A stretch of 64,000 bases of DNA from Paragordius varius (taxonomy: Eukaryota; Animalia; Nematomorpha). The stretch is taken from assembly GCA_964247055.1 (NCBI GenBank), contig OZ176052.1, forward strand, positions 9,052,001 through 9,116,000, given 5' to 3'. Below, piece by piece: positions 28,394 through 42,400 of the stretch (positions are counted from its first letter, which is position 1; the number at the start of each line of letters is the position of its first letter). The notes under the pieces were generated by a model, which saw only the letters and a program-made list of their open reading frames with translations, made no database searches and had not been told where the DNA came from. Made by a program: the position numbers and the translations under genes.

Positions 28394-28999
28394 AAATAAT
28401 AAAACTATACTTTAGTTATTGGAAATGTATTTTAAAGGCAAAAGTCGACCGCAAATATGGATACACAGATAAAGGAATTACCAAGAAGACTAGGAAAAAG
28501 TTAAAATTAACGGTAAAAATGAAAAAGGGATTCAAAATTGCGGATGCACACCATATTCATAAAGGTTGATTCGACTTAGGAAAGGCCAATCACCCAAGTG
28601 TTACATAGGTGGTGTACCCAAGGCCAATTAAAATCAAGCGATTGACATTAAAATAATTAACCATAAAAGGTTTTGCGGAAGATTATTTGAAAATCATGCG
28701 GGAACCTAATATGTAAACAATTTTACTAAGAACGGTGCTAAATATAGGGATTACTGCGGTTAAACCTGGTTTCATCTCAATTACAACGATATGTTAATGG
28801 CCATAATCAAACTTGTATGGGCCTACCAGTTATGAGAATGAAAATTTACATAAAAGACACAATTTTAGGGGGTAAAGGGTGGGGCTAATCAGTGGCTATA
28901 TCGAAAAATGACTCAGTTAAAAATGGCAATGCGAAATAATAGACATTTGATTTAAATGGGTTCTCATATGTACGGGAGTTAGACAACTTATGTATATAA

Positions 29000-29877
29000 C
29001 AGGGCTTTGAGCCCAAATCTGAGGGATTGTAAACCCGGTTCCTGAGATTTTAGAATAAATCTGTTCTGTTAGGTCGGACACCGGTGTCAGTATTACATTC
29101 TAAGGCATACCAATTCCGTCTCTACCCGTCCAGGAACGTCTAGTTCCAGTTACATCTCCAAAATAAGTGGCTACCATATGATTTTATTTTTTTTAAATAA
29201 AACTTATTGCATAAATTATGAAGAGAATTTGATGGTATGATAACTTTTTTTCTGGATTCCTGTCAGAAATAATCATAATTTTAAAGTTTTTAATAATAAT
29301 TTTTTGTTAAAAATCATCATGTGATAACATATATCCTCGTATCACATTGAAATAAAATACCGTATTAATTTTTTCTGAATTGTTCTTAGCACTTGGAGAA
29401 AATCAACACATAATTTTAAGTAAATGATATATACATTAGGAACAATTACATTATTAGTTAATAAAATATATTTTTGTAAAAAAACATAAACTACATATTG
29501 GAGGGTATTACTCAGGAAAAGGGAATTTACAATGAAGTTATTTATACACTATTTTCTTGATTTGTAATTATACATTTGGATATTTAATTCTAAAAAATAT
29601 GGTTTTATATTGTTGATAGTATGGTTAGTATTATTATGTTAAAAATGTTGTATGAAAATTTAGTGAAAAATCAGGAACCAAAATGGAGCTGGTTTCAGAG
29701 AATAACCGTGCCGAAACCTTTAAATCTTTAAGGAACTACTGGTCCCGGTCCCATTTGCTCCGGAGTCACCTGGGTTCTATTTTTAAATTTTTAGGAACCA
29801 GGCCGGTTCTGGTTCCAATCGTCCAGGAATAACTTCGGCTCTAGTTTCCACTTTTTTCGATCCGGTTCGAAACCCTG
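29000..29877. mobile_element. ~880-bp hAT-type MITE (family B, older copy)
   Basis: Termini CAGGGCTTTGA...TCGAAACCCTG; the right subterminal ~200 bp (GGAACC/GGTTCC-rich) aligns with 62404-62609. Confidence 0.65.
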
Positions 29878-30714
29878 ATATCTACATTTTGAGTATAGAG
29901 CGTAAAAAGGAAATTAGCAATTTCTCAGAGAATAAATATATTAAACAACTGACAGGATATTTGCGTTCTCTATTTTATAGAGATATTTAATATTTTAGGA
30001 CATAACGATATTATATAACTTGTATTTTTGCCATTAATAATATTTAAACGGGTTTAGGTTATAAATAAGAGATATTAAAGAGACACTGACCCTGTTTGAC
30101 GAGCAAATAAATAAACTATATGCCGTTAACAAATTTGTAGCCTACACGCGTCCCGAAAAATCGCTTCTAAGACACAATTTTGGATTAATTGTTTTAATTT
30201 TAGTTTCGTAGCAACTGGTCCTAGCCTTTAGAGATATGTTATACAATTATCCAACAAAGCATGCAATTTATAGACGTGGACATTTCGCAAAAATACAAGA
30301 CACAATTACTTGTTTAATGTTTAAAAGTTTTAATTTTCATGATATTTTTATAAAAAATAAAGTTATATTTTTCTAAAATCAAAATCAATTATCATTTATA
30401 AACTAATATCGACGAAACTAGTTTTAAGGCCATTGTATACTATATGATTTCTGTAATACTTTCGGGTTTCTATATAACATAATGAAGACATTATCATGAT
30501 TTTACAGTTTAAATATAAGTATAATACCAATATATTCAAAAAAGTATAAGGAATTACGATAGATGTTTTTTCCATTCGTTACCAAACAAATATATATACA
30601 CATTTAACAAAAAAAATAAATTTTTAATAAAATAAAGGATACATGATGAATATATATAAGCGACATAAAAAATATTAGAAATAGAAGTTAGCAAATTTTA
30701 ATTTTTATAATGTA

Positions 30715-31371
30715 CTAGCGTAAATCTCGTGCTGCTACGCAGCCCGAGGAAGTCCTTCGGACTTCTGGGGGGAAGGGGGGGTTTCGAAGTTTAGATTTTA
30801 ATGGGTCTACCGGTTTTCCGGAAACAGATCACAAAGTTACATGAAAAATCAGTTTTTAGCGGGTAGCTCCCTTACCCAGCAGCTATCATCAAAGAAACGG
30901 TGGGCTAAAATTTTTGCCTTTTAACAGGGAATACGTGGAATCTTTATTGAATTTTTACGGTCTCATACCTAGGGCGAAAAATAGATTTAAAATATTTTTG
31001 TGGACTTTGTTTTTTGAAAAAAATGGCATTTTACGGAGGGAGCGGGTAAAAAGAGGGCCTAAATCAAAAAAGTGACTCGACTATGTTCGGCGCAATCGAA
31101 AATAAGTAAACAAAAATCATATTTGAAATAGAATGGACCAACACGTTCTCCAGAAAATTGTCTCAAAGACACGATTTTTGTGGACTTTGTGTTCAAAAAA
31201 AACCGTTTTTCACACGGGGTGGGCCCGAACTGGGGGCCTATTTCAAAAAAAGGGCGAAGCTATTGTCGGGGCATTCATTAATGATTATATTTTTTCGAAG
31301 TTTGGATTTGAATGGGTCTTTTTCCTGTACCAGATCACAAAGCCAGCATTTTCCATTTTTATAAATATAGA
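30715..31371 (-). mobile_element. Non-autonomous Helitron (657 bp)
   Basis: On the minus strand it starts A|TCTATATTTATAAAAATGG (31371) and ends ...CGCTAG|T (30715), i.e. TC...CTAG inserted into AT. Perfect 7-bp-stem hairpin GAAGTCC-TTC-GGACTTC at 30749-30765; internal direct duplication (TTTTTGTGGACTTTG at ~30996 and ~31177). Confidence 0.8.
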
Positions 31372-31996
31372 TGAAAAATATACAATTATTGAAGCTTTTA
31401 GAAATATGAATAGTGTAAATTGGAAAATATTCTAATTTTTCAAAATTAGAAATCTAAAAACACCGCTAGAAATATTTAATTGGGAATTAATTTCTAACCA
31501 CTAAATTAAATTTACGAAAAAATGCGACTTTTCTTTTCGACCAATAATAAAATCAATTTATTTGAATATCCATACTTATTTTCCATAAATTTTTACAAAA
31601 TATATAAATACATATATATTTTTTTGTACTCCTAGTATTATTAGAGTTATTATCTATTTTGTCCGTTTTTATATCATATCTCAGTGATTGTAAGTAATAT
31701 TTACCCTTCTGTCCATTTTCGTTTAGAAGATGTACGAATTCAAAAACAAACGTATTTGTTATTTGTCTGAAAAACAATATCATATAAGCTTTATATTTTA
31801 TGATATTACACAAATTAAATATTATTCACAGTCAATAATATTTTGTCTAATTTGCAAAATTATCAAAAATTCAATTTTTATTATTAACAATTTTTTATTA
31901 TCACGTTTTTGAATGTTTTACGTATATTTATTTTCGTAAATTAGAGTTTGATCGAAAATTCATCTTGTCAATAAGGTAATATAATTTTGATATATA

Positions 31997-32222
31997 CCAT
32001 TTCCCAGTCTAAATAAACGTTTTCCCAGTCAATCAAAACATTTTCCCAATCAATCGTAACGTTTTCCCAGTCAATCGAAACGTTTTCCCAGTCAATCGTA
32101 ACGTTTTACCAGTCAATCGAAACATTTTCCCAGTCAATCGAAACGTTTTCCCAGTCAATCGAAACATGTTCCCAATCAATATAAACATTTTCCCAATCAA
32201 TAAAAACGTTTTCCCAGTCAAT
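31997..32222 (-). repeat. 21-bp tandem array, 10 units plus a terminal partial (left arm of foldback)
   Basis: Unit consensus ATTGAYTGGGAAAAYGTTTCG on the minus strand. Confidence 0.95.
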
Positions 32223-33207
32223 AAAAACGGTTTTATTTTTGATGATAAAATATCAAAACAGGAATATAAAAATAACTTTTAATCATTATCAGCGTAATAT
32301 TGGATATTATTTTTATATTAACACAATTATTGAAGGACAAATTTTCCAAGTTTATTCCAGTGCACAATCATTAATGACTTATTCTTTAAAGGTTATATTT
32401 TTGGAATTTGAGATGTTTTTAAGATAATATTTTTTATTTAATCGATGGTTCGCTAATATGTGCGGCTAACATATAAAATCTATATTTACGAATGAAATAA
32501 TAAAAAAAATATACCATTTTTCTCTCAAAGGTCATTTAACACTTAAAATTGGATTTTAAACATAAATTTTACCCTAATATAATATTTATCATTTGGTTCA
32601 TCGGGAGCCTAAGGGGGCCTTCCGAGTATCTTTTAGCAATATTCATATTTCTTACGCAATTATTCTGAATGAGCCTATTAAATTGGTAGCGAATTTAAAA
32701 AATTATTATAATGTGATTGTATTTTAAAATCGCATGTCTAATCGAAAAATTATGTGAATGCCCGTATTTTCGAATGCTGAGCGGTGTGCTTCTTGAGTTA
32801 AAGCGAGAAGCATTTAGTTGGACACCCTTGTTATAATCAAATATCCTATTTAAATATTTTTAAATCAAAAACATTTATCAAAAAAATATTTTTTGTTTAG
32901 ATGTTTTTTCCGACAGTATTTTTAACGATAAACTTAACATATTTAAAAACAGTTGTAAAGCGTTCCGCAAATATTACTGCGAACCATCGATAAAATAAAA
33001 AATATTATCTTAAAAACATCTCATATACAAAAATATAACCTTAAAGAATAATTCATTAATGATTGTGCACTGGAATATAATTGGAAAAATTTTCATTCAA
33101 TAACTGTGTTTTTATGCAAAATTATATCCTAATATTAGGCTGATAATGGTTAAAAGTTGTGTTTATATTCTTGTTTTGATTATATCATCAAAAATAAAAC
33201 CGTTTTT

Positions 33208-33433
33208 ATTGACTGGGAAAACGTTTTTATTGATTGGGAAAATGTTTTTATTGATTGGGAAAATGTTTCGATTGACTGGGAAAATGTTTCGATTGACTGG
33301 GAAAATGTTTCGATTGACTGGGAAAACGTTTCGATTGACTGGGAAAACGTTTCGATTGACTGGGAAAACGTTTCGATTGATTGGGAAAATGTTTCGATTG
33401 ACTGGGAAAACGTTTATTTAGACTGGGAAATGG
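33208..33433 (+). repeat. 21-bp tandem array, 10 units plus a terminal partial (right arm of foldback)
   Basis: Unit ATTGAYTGGGAAAAYGTTTCG; produces the spurious IDWENVS and LTGKMFR ORFs. Confidence 0.95.
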
Positions 33434-36400
33434 TATATATATATATATTATAAATTTTAAAATTTAAAACCAAATTACATATTTAATTAGATGAAAAAAT
33501 TGATTTAGTCTTCCCAAATATTATTTTTATAAAATTTGATGCCCTTTAAGCCCCTGGAATTTGTTTTTCGGCAAAATATATTTTATAGGTTTTTTTCATG
33601 ACTCATTTCATCATTAACCTTGGCAGATAGCAAAGAATGCATTTTTTATATTTATTTAAACAAATTCAACATTGGTGTGAAAAAATAAAAATTAAATTGT
33701 TTTTAAAGATTTGTAGAGTCTTCTAGAATAAAATGTTAAGTTTTTTTTCATTTCTTACGTTTTGTTGCTTTAATGTATGTGCATAAAATCGAGAATCCTA
33801 AAATTATTAAACATATATTTATAGATTATATTTCGATAAGGTCTTGCGACTAAGAAAGTTACTTCCATTTAGGTTGCAATTTCATCATTATATATCGAAA
33901 AGCAATTTTGACACACATTATATAAAATATACATTTATAAACGCCAAATCTTTATATTTTAAAGTAAACCAATAATTACATTAAATTTTAATTTAGAGAA
34001 GTGACTTCCGAGAAATTTTTAAAATCTAAATGGGCCAGTTTTCTTAAAAAGGTAAAAATGCTGAGTTTGCACGATTATAATATGTTAGATTATGATATCA
34101 ATATTCATTTTTTGAAATGTACACTTTGCTTAAAAATATAAATCTTTGAAATTTTTTTTTGCGTATCTTATGATATTTTAAAGCATAATAGAAGCGGTAA
34201 TACACTTAAATATATTATAAAAAAACATTTTTTCCATTTAAATATTTTTATCTCCAGATATTAAAAATTGTAATCGCGTCTTGACATTTTTGCCTTAATT
34301 TTAACTAAATAGTCTATATTAGAGGAGTCCAAAAACTTGAGACTATTGAAACACACGTCTCAAATCAAATTATATATTATTTTAATTTATATTATATAAT
34401 AATGTATATTATCAAAATATTAACAAAAATATATAAAATACGCTAATTTTGCCACGATATGGAGCAAATACCAGAGTAAATACAACTTACAAATGACTCG
34501 TAACCTCAAACAGATAGAAAGTTCCATGAAAATCATATTTTTAATCAGACTATATATATAATAGGGATATTTTGTGCGTTGTGTGTAGGAGAAATTGAGA
34601 TAAATCATATAAATTTAATTCCATTTATCTGTAGTTTAAGTCAACTAATATAAAATTATATAATCTTTTAAATTATTTGGTTTGTGGATAGGGGTTCCAT
34701 ATTTTATATCTGTAAATATACTGATGTCTTGGTATTAGCTGTTTTTGAAAGGTAATTAAATTAATAAAAGTCACAAACCAATTTCGCACAGATTTTATAT
34801 GCCTGATATATGAATATTAGTTCTAAATCGTTTTTATATGACCCCAAATTTTTTACATTTTTATATTGTTTCTGGTAGAGGTTCCATCAAAATAATTAAA
34901 TCCTTAACCTTTTTACGATAACAACAATTAAGTTTTCACTAATTGATGGTAATTTTTTTATATAAAAATATTTTATATCGTTTACAATGTTGAGATTATA
35001 TTTAAATTTTAATTTATATGCCAAAATGTTGGTAGCTTTAATTTAACCAATGATTGACGTGCCATTATTTTTACTATATATTAACATAAGAAGCTAAACA
35101 AGAAATATTTTATTTTTATGCAAAAGTTGGTAGTTCGTATTTAATTATTTATATAAATAATCTTATTGCATGATAAAAATTTGTTTTACCTTAAAAGGTT
35201 ATTTCATGAACTTATATTTATAATTTTTTTCGACCTATGATATATAATTTTAAATATTTGTTAAACTATTATATTTATTAATATTGATATTATTATACAA
35301 CAATAACAACCAGTTTGGCAAAAACCCACTGATATGTTAACAATATTTTTTGATGACCCTTAATAAAATTAATAAATATGTATATCCTATTTTACATAAA
35401 ATGTCCATTATTTTTCCCTAAATATATATAATTTGGAGAGATAAAAAGAAATATATAAAATATTAATAAATTTGATTCATGGTAAATAACGAAAAAATTA
35501 AAAAGAATAGCTGAAAGAAATTATTTTTAAGATATAGAGAGGTGCGAATATTAATTGATGTGTCATTTTTAAATATATATCAAAAATGACAATTTGTTTA
35601 TATATCACAATTTGTATTATGACTTTTTTGTATATTCGAACTTACAAAAATATCCCAAAAGAAAATAAATCCCACTTTTTATTAAGGATTATATGGAATA
35701 TACTTTTTCAATAACATTTGTTACATTAAAAGGAGTTCCCGCATTGTAAAAAAATTAACCGATTGTTGTGTGTTTTTGATAAAAATATGTTTCTGACGTT
35801 TTGAATTTAAAATATTTGGATAAGTTATTATTTCTTCTATATGATTAAACACGTTACAAAATGAGCTCTATAGTAAAAAATGCACACGTATTTAAATGGG
35901 TCATCGACTTTAAAATATTTTTTTAATATATAATATCATTCACAATACGTATAGTGTTTACAGAAGCGACAGGATATGTAGGGGGTGTTTATGTCATATA
36001 ACAGATTAATTTTTATTGACCTAAATTTTTATACTTCTCTATGAATGTATTTTCATCACACTTTTTAATCTTGCACACACATGCCTTCATTCATTGGATT
36101 AGGAGATTAGCACAAAGTTTGATGGGGGGTAAACTTCAGAGAAGAGAAATTTGGTATATTATATTAATGAATTAAAGATTTTATAAATAATATGTGATTA
36201 AGACTTGGTAAAGACTCAATCATACTAATCATAATTAAAACGATTAAAAATCCATATTTTATATATTTATATATGTTAGTCTCATCCCTTAAAATATATT
36301 GTTTACCCAAATATATTGAAAGATTGTATGTATTTGATTGCCATTAATCGTAGATCAAATTTTACTTACTTTTATTTTACAAAAATATAGAATATGTATC

Positions 36401-39400
36401 CATAATTTATTCATAGTATAATATATTAGTATTATGAGTAATATGATGATTTATAATTATAAATATCAGAGTTAAAAACAAATTTTTATAAATAAACTTT
36501 AACAAAAAGTGTGACTGAAATATATTTTTGCTGTATTTTACTGCACGATTTTTTTCTTCATCGAAGTTTGAACCCAAGCCACGCTAACTTAATTAAAATA
36601 TGCTTTTTATGCATATTTTCTTCGTTTCTTTAACACTTTATAGGAGTTATTAAAAATCAAATATACCAAAGTGACAATAAAAAATAATTTCCATATAAAA
36701 TATTTATACAAATTGTGAATTTCTGTTAAAACGCAGCTGTATTGCTTTCTTTCCTGATATTTCATTAAATAGAAATAACTTTTTTATGTATATATTTTAA
36801 TAAATAAACTATTTTATATAATTTGAGTTAAGGGATCTAATAGTAAAAAATCACATTTGCCTAACAACAACCTATATAAACTTTTTATATTGATTAAAAT
36901 TGCGACTGCAAAATATATGTATATTTTTTATTTATGAAAAATATTCATAAACTTTAAAGGGACATTATGAATGACAATGTAATACGTAACAGGTGTCTCA
37001 CTTTTTACGTAAAGTAAAGCAGAGGAGACTTAAGTTATATTGACCTTATTTTTTTAGTTAGTTTTAAAAAATATTATAATTAACCATTATAATTAATACG
37101 ATAATAATTTAGTTAGTAGCATATAATACTTTGTCCTTTATCTGATAATAATTGCGATTGACTGCATACATATAATTAAGTTTTTGGCGCAAGTATGACT
37201 TATACATTATAATATATAGGGTCATCTATTGAATTTGATTTAATTATTATAAATTTTGCAAATATCGTTTAGTATGAAAAATTTTAACTGATTATTATTT
37301 ATGTCATAATAATCGAATAGAAAGTGCTTCAATTTTAAAACGAAATACCTTTTCACCTAATTTAAATACTTTTTAAAAGGTTGGAATTTTTTTATTTATT
37401 TAATGTTTTAAAGCGGATAATTGGTGCGGCATCCTTTATTCTTATATTTTGAGTACGTTACAATATTGCAATCTACAATGGTAATAAAACTAACAGTTTC
37501 GATTTAATTTTTAAGATAACCTATATATTTTTTTAAATATACTATATACAGTAAAGAGCCATATTTTTGATCAAAAGACTCTTTAATTGGTGAGTGAGAG
37601 CTTTATATTTTGTTTATATTTTCTTGCTTAAAAATAGACTACATATATAATTTTTTCCATATTTAGCAATCAAAACACCCTATAACCAATAATAATCTGA
37701 CATTGTCTTTTTAATCATTTCCATTATACAACTAACTATCTACAAAAACATATTAAAAATGTATTTTTCATCACCTTTTATTATCAATAACTATAAAAGA
37801 ACTGTTATAAACAATTTTATCACTTTGAAATGCTTGTGTGGTACCAGACGTATCAACAACTGCGCCACATGTAATGATGTTAGTTATTATGTAATAATGA
37901 ATATTAAATAATTTTTACGTGGTCCAAAAGAAGATAATCATCACAGATAACATTATTTCTTTGTATATAATAAAATGGACATTATTTTTTGTTTCATATT
38001 AAAGTATAATAAAGTTCGTACGTTTATAACACATATCCATCCCCCCGTACCTATAAATGTTGGTCAAGATTAAACAAATGTATTTAAATTTATATATATA
38101 CAGATGGATCAAATTATTTGTTAATGAAAATTAAACATTATATATGTAAATTATAATAATTAGGGCACGCGACTAAATTTTGAACTGTACTACTTTATCG
38201 ATAATGATGGAACATCTTTACAGGTAGTTAGATAACAGTAAAATTAATGAACCAAAAGTGTTAATGTTATTCAGTTGAAATTTTATGAGATATAATCTAT
38301 TTAAATTGTTTTATTTACCAAAGAAAACCCAACGGTTTTTCGTTGTAAATTGTTTTACTTAGAAGGAGTATGAATAAAAATGTGTTAAATCGATTAATTT
38401 TATCATTATATCTAAAAGTATGTATCAAAATGCGATAGATTTTACATATATTGTCTAGTACAAAACACACTTAGGGTATAATTGAATATTTATATAAAAA
38501 AACAATTTAATTTTAACCATTTAACATCATTAATTAATCATCTTTAATTTAAGGTACAATTAATTATTATTAAGAAAAATTAGATCAATAAAATTTTAAA
38601 AGTACTTATGTTATATTGAATAAGGTTAAAATTATGTAATTTATTCGTACTTTAAACCAATTTTTTATGAAGCAAGTAAGATGATTGCGTAAAAATATAC
38701 ATGCTGATTTCCGACCTTAATTCAAACCTCAAAAATTATTAGTTTTTGGGAGTATTATCGCTTTATTATAAGTTATTTAGAAAAGCATTTTTAATTAAAT
38801 TTTTCCAAACTATTTGATAAATTATTTTTTCTCAAGAATACAAAGAAAACTAATATGATATTTAATAATTAAATTACATTATATATTCTTCCCCAAGCAT
38901 TTTTTGCAAAAATCCGTTTTTTAAATAGTGCAAGATATATAGAAATGAGACTCTTTTTGTATTATATATATCACAATAAAATTAATTAGTTGTCAGCTTT
39001 CTCTATTAAAAATAGATAAAAAAATCCTATTGTCATCATTCTTCCATCCAAATTTTTTTTATAACCAATACTTAAAATGTTAATACCTTTGTGTTAACTT
39101 TTTCGGAGTTTTTATTTTGCGGTCAAACGTCATTGCCCTAACATTGCAGCCTGTTACTTTAAAATATGCTAATATTATGTCTATATAATTTTTGAATTTT
39201 TTAAAAATTAAAATAAAACAAGAACACATGAATGATATTCAAATCTTAGGTTATTTTTTTAAGCATAAGTTAAGTTTAACTTAAATTTACCTGCAAACAC
39301 ACTCACTCTACCTTTTGCCTTTTAATGCGTTTTTTTGATGCGTGTGAAGTATACGGTATAAATCTTTGAGTTTTTATGTTCAAAAAATAAATAAAATTTG

Positions 39401-42400
39401 GATTTAAGTACGGAAGGAAGAAAGTTGAACAAACTTTTTAACTTTCTGGATTTTCACCATACATAGGAAAATTAAACTTGGCAAAATAAAAAATTCAATT
39501 TTTTATGGCAAATTCAATAAGAAAAATAGTAATGATTTTAATATTTTCTATATTGGCTTTTTTAGAATTCTGAAGTTTTTTGAGCTTTAAAAAGTTTATA
39601 AATAAAATCTTGCCTTTTATTGTTAGAATTAAATTTATCATATATTTTTAATATAAATATGTATTTGCTCATACATTTCTGTTTGATTGAAACAAAATAG
39701 TCAAAATATGTTAATTTTTTCAATATATCCAAATTTTGGCTTTGTCCTAAAAGAAAAGTTATTAAACTCTTGATATTACTTGTTGGCACATGGTTTCTAA
39801 TGGGTCATTGCAATATAGTACTTTTACTTTTGCACCTCCAAAACGTGAACACACTTAAAATATAATACATTGAAGTTTCTTATAAAACCATACAGTTAAG
39901 GTTTGCATAAATATAAAACTATTTAAGTTAAATGTCCCCTTCTCACCATAAGTAAATTATTGTTTTCAGTTGCATAATAATTATTATTAATTATATATGC
40001 AAAATTTTTTATTATAATTCCATTCATTATATTGCAAAAATAAATGTGCTTTAATTTGGGGACCGGATATGCACAAGTAAGTACTCATGCAAAAATATTT
40101 TACTTTTTGGTTTTATACAGAGATTGGAGCCAAATGAGGGAGGATCGACTTTTAAAATATTTGGTTAATGGGCTATTTGTGCTGTTTTGATAAAATTAGT
40201 CGTGTCTTTAATTATCTTCTTGCAATCTTTCAAAGTAAAAAAAAATTATGTCATGAATATCGTATGAACAATATATGTTACCACTTTATAATAATTAAAA
40301 TATATTAAATTTAAATATATTTTTTTTAATAAAACAGATCCTTTATACCTATATTATTAGGTAAAAATAGTATTACAAATATTTGAACTTTGTTAAAAGT
40401 TAAGTAAGTATACTTTTATATTTCCTTTTGTATTTCAAATAGACCCTCATGCGACACGTGTCATATCTTTAATACTTTTTTTGTTTACACGCTTGCTTTA
40501 TGATTTAATATTCATGAAAGATCTATGCTTTGTTGATAAAAACAAACTTTCATACATATAAATCAAATAAAAATTAAAGGTGTTTTAATACACCTAAAAA
40601 TAATTTTGGAGTAAAACTTTGTAACCAAATTATTCTGGTGGTCTTATATATGTAAAGAATTAGTACAGTTTTATTATGTTATAAATAATACGTAATTTCA
40701 TTCGGAAAAGATTTTTTTATTATAATGATAATCTGTTAAAATTAATCAATCACCTAATAGCACATTGAAAAGGTGAAAGGGGAATTTTTGCAGTTGTTTG
40801 AATATAATAATTATGGAGACATCTGAAAGATAGATATTATTAAACTTTTCAAATTATATGTATAACATCTATAACACACACACACCTTTAATTACTAATA
40901 TACTCTTTATCTATAGATGATATAATCTAACATGTTATCTAATTATGCATTTTAGTTTTGCCGATTTGTATAGTCATCGAGTATCCATCCATCCGTTGAT
41001 TAATTACACACAAAAATATACTTCTTTACTTACGTTTCCTTCCCCATCCATTTTAGTTATTTTTTATTATTTCGAAAACGAATTGACAACAATATATACA
41101 TACCTAAAATAAATAAACCGTATAGAGCATACCGTTTTTTACAGTAGTGGCCAAATAACTGAGTTTTTTCGCATACACTCCTAATACCTTTACTTATTTA
41201 AAATTTATTATTGTTTTGCTTTAACAACTAACTGCATAAATATTATCAATATCATCATCATGTTTAATTTTAAAATTTTATCATTCTAAAAATATCTTTT
41301 GGTGTTTACATTTTGAGTAATCAAACTTTTTCGCCTTGTGTTATCTTGCTTTATAGTAGAGTTTGTTTTGTTTGCATTATTTGTTGCAAAACAAATATAT
41401 TTTGGGTCCAATCTAATTTTAACTAAACACTTCCGATTTGTTTAATAAAATATCCATATTGAGTACATATCATATATCACAAATGTTTGTGCGAAAATTC
41501 TAAATCCAAACTCATAAGGTATGTTTTAAAAATTATATTATAATATTATTACAAAACCAAACCGTTATAAATAATATCTCTTTGGAATGAATTAAATTTT
41601 TCGTTATTATAATTTGCGAAATCACCACTGATATAATTAATCTAATTTAAATTTAATAATTTACTAATAATGTTTTTTTGTTCAAAGATATTTTTCAAAG
41701 AAAAGAAAATCGAAATATTTTACATTTTATTATTAAGAAGTTAGAATTCCCAGAAGTAGTTTTTAATGAGATTGAAATTAAAGTTTAATTTTTTTAGCTC
41801 TCTCTCTAGAATGATAATACAAAATATATTTTCCCCGTCAATCCTCCTAAAATTCTTTTTAACGAAAAAACATCTCTCGCCAATTCAAAAAGTAATTTGT
41901 TAATTGATACAAATGTTTTTTAGAACAATTTATCTTATTGACATATAAAAATATATTTTAGGTTGAAATTGGTTAGAAGTTAGTTGTTTCCACAATTTTT
42001 AATCAAGTTAAAACTCAACCAATTTGGTTTTTAATTATTATGGTTTGGTTGTACGAACTGATTTTTTAATTGCTTGTTTGTGTGTTTGTTCTGAATTATA
42101 TATTTGTAAAGAAAGCTATTAGTTGATTACGTTTTTTTTCATCATTCCTAAACTTTCAATACAAAAAAAATTATCAATTAATATCATTATATTACTTAAT
42201 AACTTATCTCGGGGTTTAATTAAAATGATTGAGAAGACTGATATATTTACGGGGGAGATTCATAACACAAAGTATTGTTATTATAAAAACTAAAAGGTTG
42301 TTTCTACATTTCATTTTTTGGGTAGTCATTTAAAACAGTTAATTAATTAATTTGTTTGCTCACGTCTTTAAGATGCATCATCCATCATACACATTGCCCT

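Larger units (their letters stand above)
31997..33433. mobile_element. Foldback-type non-autonomous DNA transposon (1437 bp; ~470-bp inverted arms)
   Basis: Arms 31997-32465 and 32965-33433 are reverse complements (termini CCATTTCCCAGTCTAAAT / ATTTAGACTGGGAAATGG; inner landmark ATCGATGGTTCGC / GCGAACCATCGAT). TATATA flanks both sides; the ~500-bp spacer has no long ORF. Confidence 0.9.

Noticed and set aside
31133-31435. ORFs of 100 and 68 aa
   Set aside because: They lie in the Helitron's GC-richer interior; no RepHel or other recognisable motif.
31997-33433. 21-bp arrays as a CRISPR array
   Set aside because: Units are contiguous with no unique spacers, and the context is eukaryotic with no cas genes.
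33208-33433. TGGGAA cores of the 21-bp unit as clustered Su(H)/CSL sites regulating MYT1
   Set aside because: Units read ACTGGGAA or ATTGGGAA, not YGTGRGAA. Scattered YGTGDGAA matches elsewhere are about as many as the ~6 expected by chance at this composition.
33146-33453. Repetitive ORFs (IDWENVS)n and (LTGKMFR)n, and the mirror ORF at 32033-32221
   Set aside because: They are translations of the 21-bp foldback arrays, open in two frames only because the unit is a multiple of 3 and stop-poor; no splice or start context.
41142-41162. TA|CAGTAGTGGCCAAA Tc1-like terminal repeat
   Set aside because: No matching opposite end or transposase found, so it is not supportable as an element.
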